Assembly (NCBI GenBank): GCA_028705565.1
Contig: JAQWDH010000006.1
Location: forward strand, 1 to 59,779
DNA from: Patescibacteria group bacterium
GTDB taxonomy: Bacteria > Patescibacteriota > Patescibacteriia > Magasanikbacterales > GWA2-37-8
Reading direction: 5' to 3'
Length of the DNA stretch: 59,779 bases
Part shown: positions 9,773-19,415 of the stretch, piece by piece
Numbering within the stretch: position 1 is the first letter of the stretch
Layout of the letters: each line of letters starts with the position of its first letter
The notes under the pieces: generated by a model
The model's database searches: none
The model's input: the letters and a program-made list of their open reading frames with translations, nothing else
Told to the model about the DNA's origin: nothing
Made by a program: the position numbers and the translations under genes

Positions 9773-9773
9773 T

Positions 9774-10772
9774 ATGAGCCAATTGATGATAAGTTTAGAC
9801 AAAAATATTTTCAATTTTGATTCCGCCGCGGCGAGACGCATGATTGAATATGGAGAAAAAAACGAGCTTTTTATTGTTATTCCGGATAATGATAAACGAT
9901 ATTTGGATTTAAGCGCGAAAGTCCATGTATGGGGAACGGGAGGTTCAAAACTTACGCAATTTTTTCGTTTATTATACACAGGCAATAAAATAATTCATAA
10001 TTCAAGATTCATAATTCAAGATTCATTAATTACCACTCAAGACCCGTTTTTTACCGGTTTAGCAGGTTTGTTATTGAAGCGAAAAGAAACAACTTTTGAG
10101 ACGCAAGTTCATGGCGATTTTTACGGTTCGGATTATTATCAAAAAAGCGGACTGACAAACAAGATTCGTTTTTATATAGGAAAATTTTTATTGCCTCGCG
10201 CGGATAAAGTAAGAACCGTAAGCGAGCGCGTAAAACAAAGTTTAATAAAAATCGGCGTTAAATCTGAAAAAATAGAAATTAAACCAATTCAGGTTGATTT
10301 TGAAAAGATAAAAAATTATCAGCCGAAATTTGATTTACATCAAAAATATCCAGATTATGAAAAAATATTTTTGGTTTTAGGACGGTTTGACGCAGTTAAA
10401 AATATCAGATGGCTGATAGAAGTATTTTGTGAAGTTGTAAAACAAAAAAATTATTTATTATTAATTATCGGAAGCGGACCGGATGGGCACAATATAACGA
10501 CGCACGCCACTCGTTGCATGTTGCGTAAAAACATAAAATTTGAGCCATGGACAAACGATCCGATAAGTTATATAAAGACAGCGGATTGCCTTTTGTTCCC
10601 AAGTTTGAGCGAGGGATACGGATTGGCGGCGATGGAAGCGAGTGCCGCCGGAACGCAGGTGATAATGACGGATGTTGGTGTGGCAAATTATGAATTAAAA
10701 CTCGGACCGAAAGTCAAAATCGCGCCGGTGGGCGATAAAGAAAAATTTATTCAGGAGATTTTACAAATATGA
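9774..10772 (+). CDS. Glycosyltransferase family 4-like
   Basis: C-terminal motif ...LLFPSLSEGYGLAAMEASAAGTQVIMTDVGVA.... The N-terminal half is divergent. Confidence 0.7.
   Translation: MSQLMISLDKNIFNFDSAAARRMIEYGEKNELFIVIPDNDKRYLDLSAKVHVWGTGGSKLTQFFRLLYTGNKIIHNSRFIIQDSLITTQDPFFTGLAGLLLKRKETTFETQVHGDFYGSDYYQKSGLTNKIRFYIGKFLLPRADKVRTVSERVKQSLIKIGVKSEKIEIKPIQVDFEKIKNYQPKFDLHQKYPDYEKIFLVLGRFDAVKNIRWLIEVFCEVVKQKNYLLLIIGSGPDGHNITTHATRCMLRKNIKFEPWTNDPISYIKTADCLLFPSLSEGYGLAAMEASAAGTQVIMTDVGVANYELKLGPKVKIAPVGDKEKFIQEILQI
9993..10020 (+). repeat. Two perfect tandem copies of a 14-nt unit (ATTCATAATTCAAG) inside the GT4-like CDS, followed by a degenerate third copy
   Basis: Direct reading gives 9993-10006 = 10007-10020 = ATTCATAATTCAAG. 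10021 onward starts ATTCAT again and then diverges. Confidence 0.8.
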
Positions 10773-11389
10773 CAAGTATGACAAGGCCATGGGAAAAATT
10801 TTTTAAAGAAAAAATGATAAAGATTTTTACAGAAAAAAAGTCAGTTTTAGATATTGGCGGAGGACTGCGCACAGAAGCAAGCAAGGGTAATCGCATAGAT
10901 AAAAAAAATGTATGGCTGGATGAATATATAAAAAAAGTGAATTATAAAGTTATGGATAAGGTTTTAGATTACCATCCGGATATTGTCGGTGATGTGCAAA
11001 ATTTAAATTTAGAAGACGAATGTTTGGATGCTATTATTTGTATAGCTGTTTTGGAACATGTGGAAGAGCCGCAAAAGGCGATTAAAGAAATTTATCGTGT
11101 TTTAAAACCCGGCGGATATTGTTTTATTTATGTTCCTTTTTTATATTATTACCACCCGATGAAAGGATATTATCAAGATTTTTATCGGTTTACTTTTGAT
11201 GGAATTAAATATATTACACGACAATTTAGCCAAGTGGAAATACAAAATGTGCGAGGCGCATTGGCAACAGTTGTGAATTTATTTCCGATTTTTTCCAAAC
11301 ATTCAAATTGGTTTGATTGGTTGGATATTGTGTTTAAAAAAATTTTTAGCCGTCAAACTAGCGGTTACTATGTTTTTTGCATTAAATAA
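10769..11389 (+). CDS. Class I SAM-dependent methyltransferase (Methyltransf_11-like)
   Basis: Motif I VLDIGGG and post-I region ...AIICIAVLEHVEEPQKAIKEIYRVLKPGGYCFIYVPF.... The start overlaps the upstream stop (ATGA). Confidence 0.8.
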   Translation: MTSMTRPWEKFFKEKMIKIFTEKKSVLDIGGGLRTEASKGNRIDKKNVWLDEYIKKVNYKVMDKVLDYHPDIVGDVQNLNLEDECLDAIICIAVLEHVEEPQKAIKEIYRVLKPGGYCFIYVPFLYYYHPMKGYYQDFYRFTFDGIKYITRQFSQVEIQNVRGALATVVNLFPIFSKHSNWFDWLDIVFKKIFSRQTSGYYVFCIK

Positions 11390-11408
11390 CGCCAAAATCA
11401 TTTAATTT

Positions 11409-12761
11409 ATGAAAGTTTTATTATTAAGCATAGATCCCGCTAAATCAAGAAAATGTGTAAATAAAGATTTGGCCGGAGGTATGGGTACCGGAACGTGGGT
11501 GGGTAATTCTTTACGCGCCAGACTTTTTGGATATCTTAAAAAAAAGAGTGTTATTTTACCAGATATTACGATCGCTTATATATCCGCAATTTTTAAACAG
11601 GCCAATTACGAAGTATCAATGCTTAAAATTTTAGAAGACAAAATTCCAGACATTGGCCCGGTTGATTTTGTTTTAATTTCGACTTCAATCGTGGATTGCA
11701 ACCACGAGTTAGATATTATTAAAAAAGTAAAGCAGAGAGGATATATTGTAGGCGTTTATGGCACTTTTGCCACTGCGGTTCCTGAATTTTTTTCTGCGCA
11801 TGTTGACTTTTTAATTAAAGGGGAACCGGAAGCGGGCGTATTAAAAATTATTTCCGACAACAGTTTGCCAAAAGGAATTGTGGAATCTGGCGTGGTAGAA
11901 AATTTGGAATTATTACCATTTCCAGATTGGAGCTTTTTTCCAATTAATTGTTTTTCTTATTTTCCAGCTTTGAATAAAAAACCGGTCCTTACAATGCTTA
12001 CATCCAGAGGATGTCAACATAGATGTTCTTTTTATTGCCCATATACGATTAACGCTGGGTGTAAATACCGCGCGCGTTCTTTGCAAAATATTGTAAATGA
12101 AGTGGAATATTTAATCAATGATTTTGGCGTAAAGGCGATAGATTTCAGAGATCCGATTTTTACTTTTAATCGAGCTCGAGTAGTTGGTTTTTGTAATGCA
12201 TTGATAAATAAAAAAATTAAAATTATTTGGTCGTGCGAAACCAGGATTGATAATTTGGATGAAGAATTGCTCAAAATTATGAAAATGGCCGGCTTAAAAC
12301 ATATAAATGTTGGCATTGAATCCGCGGTAGAAAGTGTTTTAAATAAATCAAATAGGTTGCCAATAAAAAATGAGATTCAGGAAAAAATTATTAAGTTTTG
12401 TCAAAAATCTGGAATAAGTGTCGCCGCATTTTATATTCTTGGCATGGACAATGATACAAAAGAAAGTATTGAGCAAACCATAGATTATGCAAAAAAATTA
12501 AATACACTGGTGGCTCAATTTACCATTAATACTCCTTTTCCCGGAACAAATTTTTATCTTAGAATAAAAAAAGAAGGGCGTATTAATAAATGCTGGGAAG
12601 ATTTTGATTCTTACAGTCCCGTATACAAACACCAGAATTTAAGCGCGGAAGAGTTGTTGTTTTTAAAAGAAAAAGCGTTTGTTTCGTATTATTTTCGTTT
12701 TGCATATATAATTAAATATTTTTCAAAATATTTATTTAGCAAATTAGTATGTCTATTCTAA
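11409..12761 (+). CDS. B12-binding-domain radical SAM protein (paralog B), atypical CX3CX3C motif
   Basis: Architecture matches the other paralogs (VYGTFATAVPEFF, IKGEPEAGVLKI), but the cluster motif reads TSRGCQHRCSFYCPY (tgt caa cat aga tgt tct ttt tat tgc, 12012-12038). Confidence 0.75.
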   Translation: MKVLLLSIDPAKSRKCVNKDLAGGMGTGTWVGNSLRARLFGYLKKKSVILPDITIAYISAIFKQANYEVSMLKILEDKIPDIGPVDFVLISTSIVDCNHELDIIKKVKQRGYIVGVYGTFATAVPEFFSAHVDFLIKGEPEAGVLKIISDNSLPKGIVESGVVENLELLPFPDWSFFPINCFSYFPALNKKPVLTMLTSRGCQHRCSFYCPYTINAGCKYRARSLQNIVNEVEYLINDFGVKAIDFRDPIFTFNRARVVGFCNALINKKIKIIWSCETRIDNLDEELLKIMKMAGLKHINVGIESAVESVLNKSNRLPIKNEIQEKIIKFCQKSGISVAAFYILGMDNDTKESIEQTIDYAKKLNTLVAQFTINTPFPGTNFYLRIKKEGRINKCWEDFDSYSPVYKHQNLSAEELLFLKEKAFVSYYFRFAYIIKYFSKYLFSKLVCLF

Positions 12762-13570
12762 TAACAGGAGGCAAGGGTTTTATTGGCTCACAACTGGAGT
12801 CTTATTTGCGAGACGGAGGACATGAAATCGTTTTGTTTAATGGGGACATATCTAACATTGAATCAGTAAAAAATTTTACAAGTGCAAAGCAGATTAGAGC
12901 TGTAATTCATTTAGCGGCTACAGTGAGTAGTCGGAGAAGCGGCTTATATGAGAAAACAAATATAATTGGAACGAGCAATATATTGTACCTTTGCCAGAAA
13001 TTGAACGTAGAGAGATTGATTTTTTTGTCTAGTTTACGGGTTCTCTCTTCAATTAAGGATCCATATATTGATTCAAAAAGACAGGCCGAGAAGATGATTA
13101 TTGGTTCAGGCGTTCCTTATATAATTTTGCGTCCGAGTATGGTGTACGGACCGAATGACAAAAAAAATATCGGTTTTTTATTAAAGATAATAAAAGAAAA
13201 GCATTTAGTTCCAGCGTTAGATTTTGTTTTTCAACCTTTATTTTTAAAAGATTTATTACGAGTGATAGAGGCTTGTTTGACTGTTTTACCAAATAAAGTT
13301 TTTAACGTACCTGGCGGTCAAACTTTATCTTTCGGTGAATTTTTGAATTTTGTTGGAGATTGTGGTTATAAATTTAAAATTTTTGGTTGGCCAAAAATAA
13401 ATCATATATTAATTAAAATTTTTTCTTATTTTCCATTTTCGCCAGTGATTCCATCGCAGGTGGATAGTTTATTTTCAAAGGAAGTTTTCAACGAACGGTC
13501 GTGGAGCAAAGAGTTAAACATAAAGGAAACTTTTTTAAAAGACGGTTTGGAAAAAATTTTATCAGCATGA
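12749..13570 (+). CDS. NAD-dependent epimerase/dehydratase family protein (short SDR-type sugar nucleotide enzyme)
   Basis: ILITGGKGFIGSQL glycine-rich NAD motif, and YIDSKRQAEK (YxxxK). Size is 273 aa, with a 13-nt overlap with the upstream gene. Confidence 0.8.
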   Translation: MSILITGGKGFIGSQLESYLRDGGHEIVLFNGDISNIESVKNFTSAKQIRAVIHLAATVSSRRSGLYEKTNIIGTSNILYLCQKLNVERLIFLSSLRVLSSIKDPYIDSKRQAEKMIIGSGVPYIILRPSMVYGPNDKKNIGFLLKIIKEKHLVPALDFVFQPLFLKDLLRVIEACLTVLPNKVFNVPGGQTLSFGEFLNFVGDCGYKFKIFGWPKINHILIKIFSYFPFSPVIPSQVDSLFSKEVFNERSWSKELNIKETFLKDGLEKILSA

Positions 13571-13601
13571 AATTGAACAAAGCGATTATTAAATTTAGAA
13601 A

Positions 13602-14318
13602 ATGTTTATAAAAAACAAGAGTATGAAATTGTCAATTATCATCCCTGTTTATAACGAAAAAGAGACAATATTGTTGCTTTTAGAAAAAGTTGACCGCGTA
13701 GATATGGGTGTGATTCAAAAAGAAATTATTATTGTTGACGACGGTTCGAATGACGGAACGCGTGATTTGTTAAAAACAGTGGAAAATAAATACAATGTAA
13801 TTTATCAAAAGATAAACAGCGGTAAAGGTTTCGCAATTCGCGCAGGATTAGCTCAAGCGACGGGGGATTGGGTTGTAATTCAAGATGCGGATTTGGAGTA
13901 CGACCCGAATGACTTAAAAAAAATGTTGGAAAAAATACAAAAAGTCAATGTGTCTGTAGTATATGGCTCTCGCCGTTTGAACCGTAATTATTTTAATGAG
14001 AGGCATTCAGGCCACATATTCGCTTTAGGAGGTATTTTTTTAACATGGTTAACAAATATTCTTTTCCACGCTGATATCACAGACGAATCCACATGTTATA
14101 AAATGTTTAAAACAGACTTGATAAAAAGTTTAAAATTAGCTTGTTTAAAATTTGAATTTTGTCCAGAAGTGACAGCAAAAATAATAAAGAAAGGTATAAA
14201 AATTTACGAGGTACAGATCAATTATTATCCTCGTCAAAAATTGGAAGGCAAAAAGATCAATTGGATTGATGGTTTGAGCGCTATTTGGACTTTGATTAAA
14301 TATAAATTTGTTTCATGA
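13602..14318 (+). CDS. Glycosyltransferase family 2 (polyprenyl/dolichyl-phosphate hexosyltransferase-like, soluble form)
   Basis: LSIIIPVYNEKETI..., IIIVDDGSNDGTRDLL and VIQDADLEYDP (DXD). An alternative ATG at 13623 is equally possible. Confidence 0.85.
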   Translation: MFIKNKSMKLSIIIPVYNEKETILLLLEKVDRVDMGVIQKEIIIVDDGSNDGTRDLLKTVENKYNVIYQKINSGKGFAIRAGLAQATGDWVVIQDADLEYDPNDLKKMLEKIQKVNVSVVYGSRRLNRNYFNERHSGHIFALGGIFLTWLTNILFHADITDESTCYKMFKTDLIKSLKLACLKFEFCPEVTAKIIKKGIKIYEVQINYYPRQKLEGKKINWIDGLSAIWTLIKYKFVS

Positions 14319-15712
14319 AAAAAATTTTATTAATCAACCCGCCTTGGGTTATTGGCGAAAGTAAAAATTTATGGAAAGAAGTAGCGAGTTGTTGGCCAAG
14401 TTTAGGGTTAGCTTATATAGCATCTGTATTAGAAAAAGAGGGGCACTCCGTTTATTACCTTGATTTTTCCGCTGAGCATTTTACTGTTGGAAACGCGGAA
14501 ATCGTTTTAAAAAAATACAAAGAATTGGATTATATCGGTTTTACAGCAACAACTCCTTTAATTAACAATGCCCTTAAAATAGCCGAAGTTGCAAAAAAAA
14601 TATTTCCCCAAGCCAAGATTGTTTTTGGAGGTACGCATCCTTCCATTTTGCCTTTTGAAGTAATGTCTAATCGATTTGTTGATTTTGTGGTTGTGGATGA
14701 AGGAGAAGAAACAATAAAAGAGATAATGTTCGGAAAAAAACCTTCCGAAATAAGAGGTCTGTGTTATAAAGATAATGATAAAATAGTGTGTAATGAAAAA
14801 AGGCCTTTAATTTCCGATCTAAATAAAATTCCATCGCCAGCTTATCATCTTTTGCCTATGAAGAAATATTTTCCGGCAGTAGGCAGTTATAAGCGGTTGC
14901 CGGTAATGATAATGTTTGCGACTAGGGGTTGTCCCGGCAGGTGTACTTTTTGTTACCGAACTTTTCGAGGAGTTGTAAGGAGAAGATCGGCTAAAAATAT
15001 AATAGATGAAATAAAATTATTGCAAAAAAATTATGGTATCAATGAAGTTGCTTTTTATGATGACACGTTTACGCTTTTTAAGGACCTGATAAAAGATTTT
15101 TGTAATTTATTGATTGAAGCGAAAATTGATATAGTATGGTCGTGTTTTACAAGAGTAGATTGTGTGAATAAAGAAATTTTGACTTTAATGAAAAAAGCCG
15201 GATGCCACATGATACTTTTTGGAGTAGAATCGGCAGATGAAAAGATTTTGGCTAATATTAACAAAATAATTTCTTTACAACAGGTAAAAGATGTGGTAAA
15301 ATTTGCTAGAAAAATCAATATCCAGACTAGAGCATCTTTTATGTTTGGAAATCCAGGGGAGACCATTGAAACAATTGAAAAAACCATTGGCTTCGCCATA
15401 GATTTGGATCCCGATGAGGTGCAGTTTAATATAGCGACTCCATACCCTGGGACTGAATTTTATAATTGGGCCAACGAGAACAATCTTATAATGAGTTATA
15501 ATTGGGATGACTACAGTTATTCTAATATGGTTTTTGAGTTAACCGGATTAAGCAGAGAAAATTTAAATTATTATTATAAATTGGCGCATCGTAAATTTTA
15601 TTTCCGACCAAAAATTATAATACGTCGTTTTTTGCACATCAGAACATGGAATGAGTTAAAGCAAGAAATAAGAGGGTGTTTGGCTTTATTTAATTTTATT
15701 TGGAGAAGATGA
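14315..15712 (+). CDS. B12-binding-domain radical SAM protein (paralog C)
   Basis: MKKILLINPPW..., VFGGTHPSILP, VVDEGEETIKEI, TRGCPGRCTFCY (CX3CX2C), GNPGET. ATGA overlap with the upstream gene. Confidence 0.85.
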   Translation: MKKILLINPPWVIGESKNLWKEVASCWPSLGLAYIASVLEKEGHSVYYLDFSAEHFTVGNAEIVLKKYKELDYIGFTATTPLINNALKIAEVAKKIFPQAKIVFGGTHPSILPFEVMSNRFVDFVVVDEGEETIKEIMFGKKPSEIRGLCYKDNDKIVCNEKRPLISDLNKIPSPAYHLLPMKKYFPAVGSYKRLPVMIMFATRGCPGRCTFCYRTFRGVVRRRSAKNIIDEIKLLQKNYGINEVAFYDDTFTLFKDLIKDFCNLLIEAKIDIVWSCFTRVDCVNKEILTLMKKAGCHMILFGVESADEKILANINKIISLQQVKDVVKFARKINIQTRASFMFGNPGETIETIEKTIGFAIDLDPDEVQFNIATPYPGTEFYNWANENNLIMSYNWDDYSYSNMVFELTGLSRENLNYYYKLAHRKFYFRPKIIIRRFLHIRTWNELKQEIRGCLALFNFIWRR

Positions 15713-15744
15713 TGGTTGGTTAGTATTAATATTATTAGCAAGAT

Positions 15745-17214
15745 ATGAAAAAAGTTGCGTTGGTTACATTATATGCGAAAGACACAAGAGGAATTCCTCC
15801 TCTAGGAGCTTTGTATTTAGCCACAGCTCTTAAAAAAAACGGTTTCGTTCCAAAAATTATTTATAAAGAATCGACTGAAATAGAAGACGTAATTTTAGAA
15901 ATTGAGAATTTTAATCCAGATATCGTCGGAATGTCTGTTTTTACCGGATTTCTCAATCAAAATTATGTGGAATTAAGTAAGAAACTAAAATTAAAAGGGT
16001 ATAAAATTGTTTGGGGTAACGCTCATCCATCTTTACTGCCGGAAGAAGTGCTGGGACAAAAATATGTTGATTTTATTGTTATTGGAGAAGGAGAAGAAAC
16101 AATGATTGAATTAATGATGAACTTTGACAACAAAAGTTGTTTTAGCAATATTTTGGGGCTTGGATTTAAAGATGAAAACGGGGCAATCAAAATTAATGGC
16201 AGGAGACCTTTTATAAACATTGATGAATATTTAATAGATTGGTCGTTGATAGATTTGGAAAAATTTTTAGTTCCTTATTTTTCCAATCGTTATAAAAGAA
16301 CTTTGGCGGTTACAACATCTAGAGGGTGCGCGTTTAATTGTCAGTTTTGCTATAACTTGGTTTTTAATAATAGAAAATGGAGAGGGCACGACGCTGAAAA
16401 GTTTATTAACAATTTAAAACCGATAATAGAAAAATATAACATAAACGCAATTCGTTTTTTGGACGATAATTTCTTTTTTGACAGAGAGAGGGCGATGTCA
16501 ATCGTCCGTGGATTAAATTTACCATACTACGCAGACGCAAGAGTTGAATATGTAAACGAAAAATTTGTAACAGACCTGAAAGATACTAAGTGTCAAGAGA
16601 TAATGTTTGGTTTTGAATCCGGAAACGAACGAATTTTAAAAGAAGTGGTGCAAAAAGGCACAGGAACAGCTGAAATTGTGAAGGCCGTAACATTATTGAA
16701 AGATTCCAGTATTATGGTATCAGGTTCTTTTGTTTTTGGTTTTCCGTCCGAAACAAAGGAAGAATACTTAAATACAATGAAATTTATTGTAAAGTTATTG
16801 GAAATAAATAATAATTTGGCTTTTACTTGCGGTTGGTATTTACCTTACCCCGGTACCGAACTATATGAAAAATCTAAGAAAATGGGTTTTACGCCACCAA
16901 ATAAAATAGAAGATTGGGACCGATTAGACCGTTGGCGCAATGACTATGAGATGGAGTGGATAGATTGGGATTATAAAGACAAAGTTAAATATACAAGAAA
17001 AGTTGTTCATCTTTTGGCATTATCTTATAAAAGAAATATTCCTATATTAAAAACAATTTTATGCAAAAGGGTAAAAAATGCATTTTTTAAATTTCCAATT
17101 GATATATTTTTACTCCACAAGTTAAGAGGCATATATTTGTTTGGAAGTAATAAGAATTTTGTTCATAGAATTGTAAAGAAGATGGTCATAAAATTGTTAA
17201 ATGGCAGAGTTTAA
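15745..17214 (+). CDS. B12-binding-domain radical SAM protein (paralog D)
   Basis: VWGNAHPSLLPEE, VIGEGEETMIELM, SRGCAFNCQFCYN (CX3CX2C), GFPSET. Confidence 0.85.
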   Translation: MKKVALVTLYAKDTRGIPPLGALYLATALKKNGFVPKIIYKESTEIEDVILEIENFNPDIVGMSVFTGFLNQNYVELSKKLKLKGYKIVWGNAHPSLLPEEVLGQKYVDFIVIGEGEETMIELMMNFDNKSCFSNILGLGFKDENGAIKINGRRPFINIDEYLIDWSLIDLEKFLVPYFSNRYKRTLAVTTSRGCAFNCQFCYNLVFNNRKWRGHDAEKFINNLKPIIEKYNINAIRFLDDNFFFDRERAMSIVRGLNLPYYADARVEYVNEKFVTDLKDTKCQEIMFGFESGNERILKEVVQKGTGTAEIVKAVTLLKDSSIMVSGSFVFGFPSETKEEYLNTMKFIVKLLEINNNLAFTCGWYLPYPGTELYEKSKKMGFTPPNKIEDWDRLDRWRNDYEMEWIDWDYKDKVKYTRKVVHLLALSYKRNIPILKTILCKRVKNAFFKFPIDIFLLHKLRGIYLFGSNKNFVHRIVKKMVIKLLNGRV

Positions 17215-17320
17215 AATAATTGATGATTTTATAGCGGTTGAATCATCGTGTCATAGTTTTTTCATTTTAGAAAAAAGTAATTTGTTAAAAGAGAGCCCTC
17301 CGTTAATGCTAAAAATTTTT

Positions 17321-18334
17321 ATGAAAATACTTATTGTTACGCAGAAAGTGGATGAAAATAATGATATTTTAGGTTTTTTTCACGAATGGATTAGAGAATT
17401 TGCGATATATTGTAAGCAAATTACGGTTATATGTTTGCAAAAAGGAGAGTTTGATTTACCATCAAATGTAAAAGTATTATCATTAGGAAAAGAAGTAAAA
17501 CAGTCGCGTTTAAAGTACGTGTTTAATTTTTTCAGATACGTTTGGTCGGAACGGAAACAGTATGATTTTGTTTTTGTACACATGAACCCGGAGTATGTTA
17601 TTTTGGGTGGTATCCTATGGAAAATATTGAATAAAAAAATTATTTTTTGGTATACGCATAAATCCGTTGGTTTAAAATTAAGAATATCGGAAAAATTGGC
17701 TGATAAAATTTTTACCGCTTCTGAAAAAAGTTTTCGTTTAAAGAGTAAAAAAGTTGAAATAATCGGGCATGGAATCAATACAAAAAATTTTATTCCTGCG
17801 ATTTGCGAGCCAAATAGTAATATAATACTCAGCGTCGGAAGAATATCGCCGACAAAACGACAAATAGAAATTATTAAAATTTTTAAGGATGTATTAACAA
17901 GCATACCAGATTGTAAGTTATATATTGTTGGATCTCCAATTTTGGAGATTGACAAAAGATATGAAAAAAATTTAAAAAATTATGTGAAAAAAAATGATTT
18001 AGACGAACGAATAGTTTTTTTTGGTTCTGTTGCCAATAAAAAAATGCCTAATATTTTTCAACAATCAAAAGTATTGATAAATTTAAGCATGACCGGCAGT
18101 TTAGATAAAGATGTTTTAGAAGCAATGTCATGCAATGTGCACATAGTCACCACCAACGAAGCATTTAAAAATGTTTTGCCTGATAAAAATACAGCAAATG
18201 ATTTTGCGGAAATAAAAAATAAAATTTTGTATTTTTTAAAACAGCCGCGTTATGATGTTTACAGGACAATAATTTTAGAACAACACAGTTTAAGCAGTTT
18301 AGTTAAAAAAATCATTTCTAAATTAAGTAAATAA
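17321..18334 (+). CDS. Glycosyltransferase family 4-like
   Basis: MKILIVTQKVDENNDILGFFHEW... is a typical GT-B N-terminus, and ...DKDVLEAMSCNVHIVTTNEAF... sits in the C-terminal half. The track ORF begins at ATG 17201 (overlapping the previous gene). I prefer 17321, but the start is uncertain. Confidence 0.65.
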   Translation: MKILIVTQKVDENNDILGFFHEWIREFAIYCKQITVICLQKGEFDLPSNVKVLSLGKEVKQSRLKYVFNFFRYVWSERKQYDFVFVHMNPEYVILGGILWKILNKKIIFWYTHKSVGLKLRISEKLADKIFTASEKSFRLKSKKVEIIGHGINTKNFIPAICEPNSNIILSVGRISPTKRQIEIIKIFKDVLTSIPDCKLYIVGSPILEIDKRYEKNLKNYVKKNDLDERIVFFGSVANKKMPNIFQQSKVLINLSMTGSLDKDVLEAMSCNVHIVTTNEAFKNVLPDKNTANDFAEIKNKILYFLKQPRYDVYRTIILEQHSLSSLVKKIISKLSK

Positions 18335-18356
18335 ATATTTTTTCACGATAAAAACC

Positions 18357-19400
18357 ATGATAAAAGCAATTAAAATAAAAATCAAAACTTACGCAACGCA
18401 CCTTTATTATTTGTTAAAGAGGCATTTTATAAATCAGGTCTCCTTAAAAGACTACAGAAAAATAATACATTATTTAAAAGTTGGTTTTCGTAACAAATTT
18501 TTTAATTATCCGCGTTTAGTTATGATAGAAATCGGTACGACTTGTAATTTACAATGCGAGACATGCCCAACTCCGCGAGAGTATTTGGAAAGGCCGTTAA
18601 TTTTAATGAACATAGACGATTTTAAAAAGATTATTGATAATATTAAAAATTATGTGCATGTTGTTCTGCTTTATGTAAGCAACGAACCATTGCTGAATCC
18701 ATATTTGCCTGAAATGATAAAGTATGCGGCAAAAAATTTTCTTTATGTCATGATTAGCACAAACGCAACTTTATTGGATGAAAAAAAATCCAACGAATTG
18801 ATAAACGCCGGTCTTGACGAAATTTTACTTTGTTTAGATGGAATGACAAAAGAATCATACGAACCGTTCCGCACGGGAGCTGATTTTGATGTAGTTATTA
18901 AAAATATAAGAAATTTTTGTTTTGAAAAAAAGAAACGAAAATTAAAAAAACCATATGTTGAAGTGCAATTTATTGTTACTAAATTAAATCAGGATCAAAT
19001 TCCTGAAATAAAAAAGTTTTCTCGCGAAATTGGTTCTGACAGGTTAAAAATCAAATCTTTATCTATTGCGGAATATTGTTATTCTGACAAGAAAAGACAA
19101 GAACTAGTGGATAAATTTTTGCCTACGCGAGAAGATGCAAAAGTCAGATACAAAAAGGATATTGATGGAAAAATAAAAAAAAGGAAAATCGCGCATTGCA
19201 ATACTGTAAAAAATCAAATTGTAACATTAGTTGACGGAAGATTAGTTTTGTGTTGTTATGATGTTCGCGGCGAATATGTTTATGGAAATTTATTAGAAAA
19301 ACAGTTTAAAGATATTTGGTTTGATCAAAAAAACATAAACAAGCGTAAAATAGCGGAAAAAAGACAATACGCTTTATGCAAAAAGTGTGATTTGTATTAG
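18357..19400 (+). CDS. Radical SAM protein with C-terminal Cys-rich SPASM/twitch-like extension
   Basis: VMIEIGTTCNLQCETCP (CX3CX2C), SNEPLLNP and ISTNATLL core motifs. The C-terminus reads ...HCNTVKNQIVTLVDGRLVLCCYDVRGEYVYGNLLEKQFKDIW...ALCKKCDLY. Confidence 0.8.
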   Translation: MIKAIKIKIKTYATHLYYLLKRHFINQVSLKDYRKIIHYLKVGFRNKFFNYPRLVMIEIGTTCNLQCETCPTPREYLERPLILMNIDDFKKIIDNIKNYVHVVLLYVSNEPLLNPYLPEMIKYAAKNFLYVMISTNATLLDEKKSNELINAGLDEILLCLDGMTKESYEPFRTGADFDVVIKNIRNFCFEKKKRKLKKPYVEVQFIVTKLNQDQIPEIKKFSREIGSDRLKIKSLSIAEYCYSDKKRQELVDKFLPTREDAKVRYKKDIDGKIKKRKIAHCNTVKNQIVTLVDGRLVLCCYDVRGEYVYGNLLEKQFKDIWFDQKNINKRKIAEKRQYALCKKCDLY

Positions 19401-19415
19401 CAAAAAAATTAAAGT

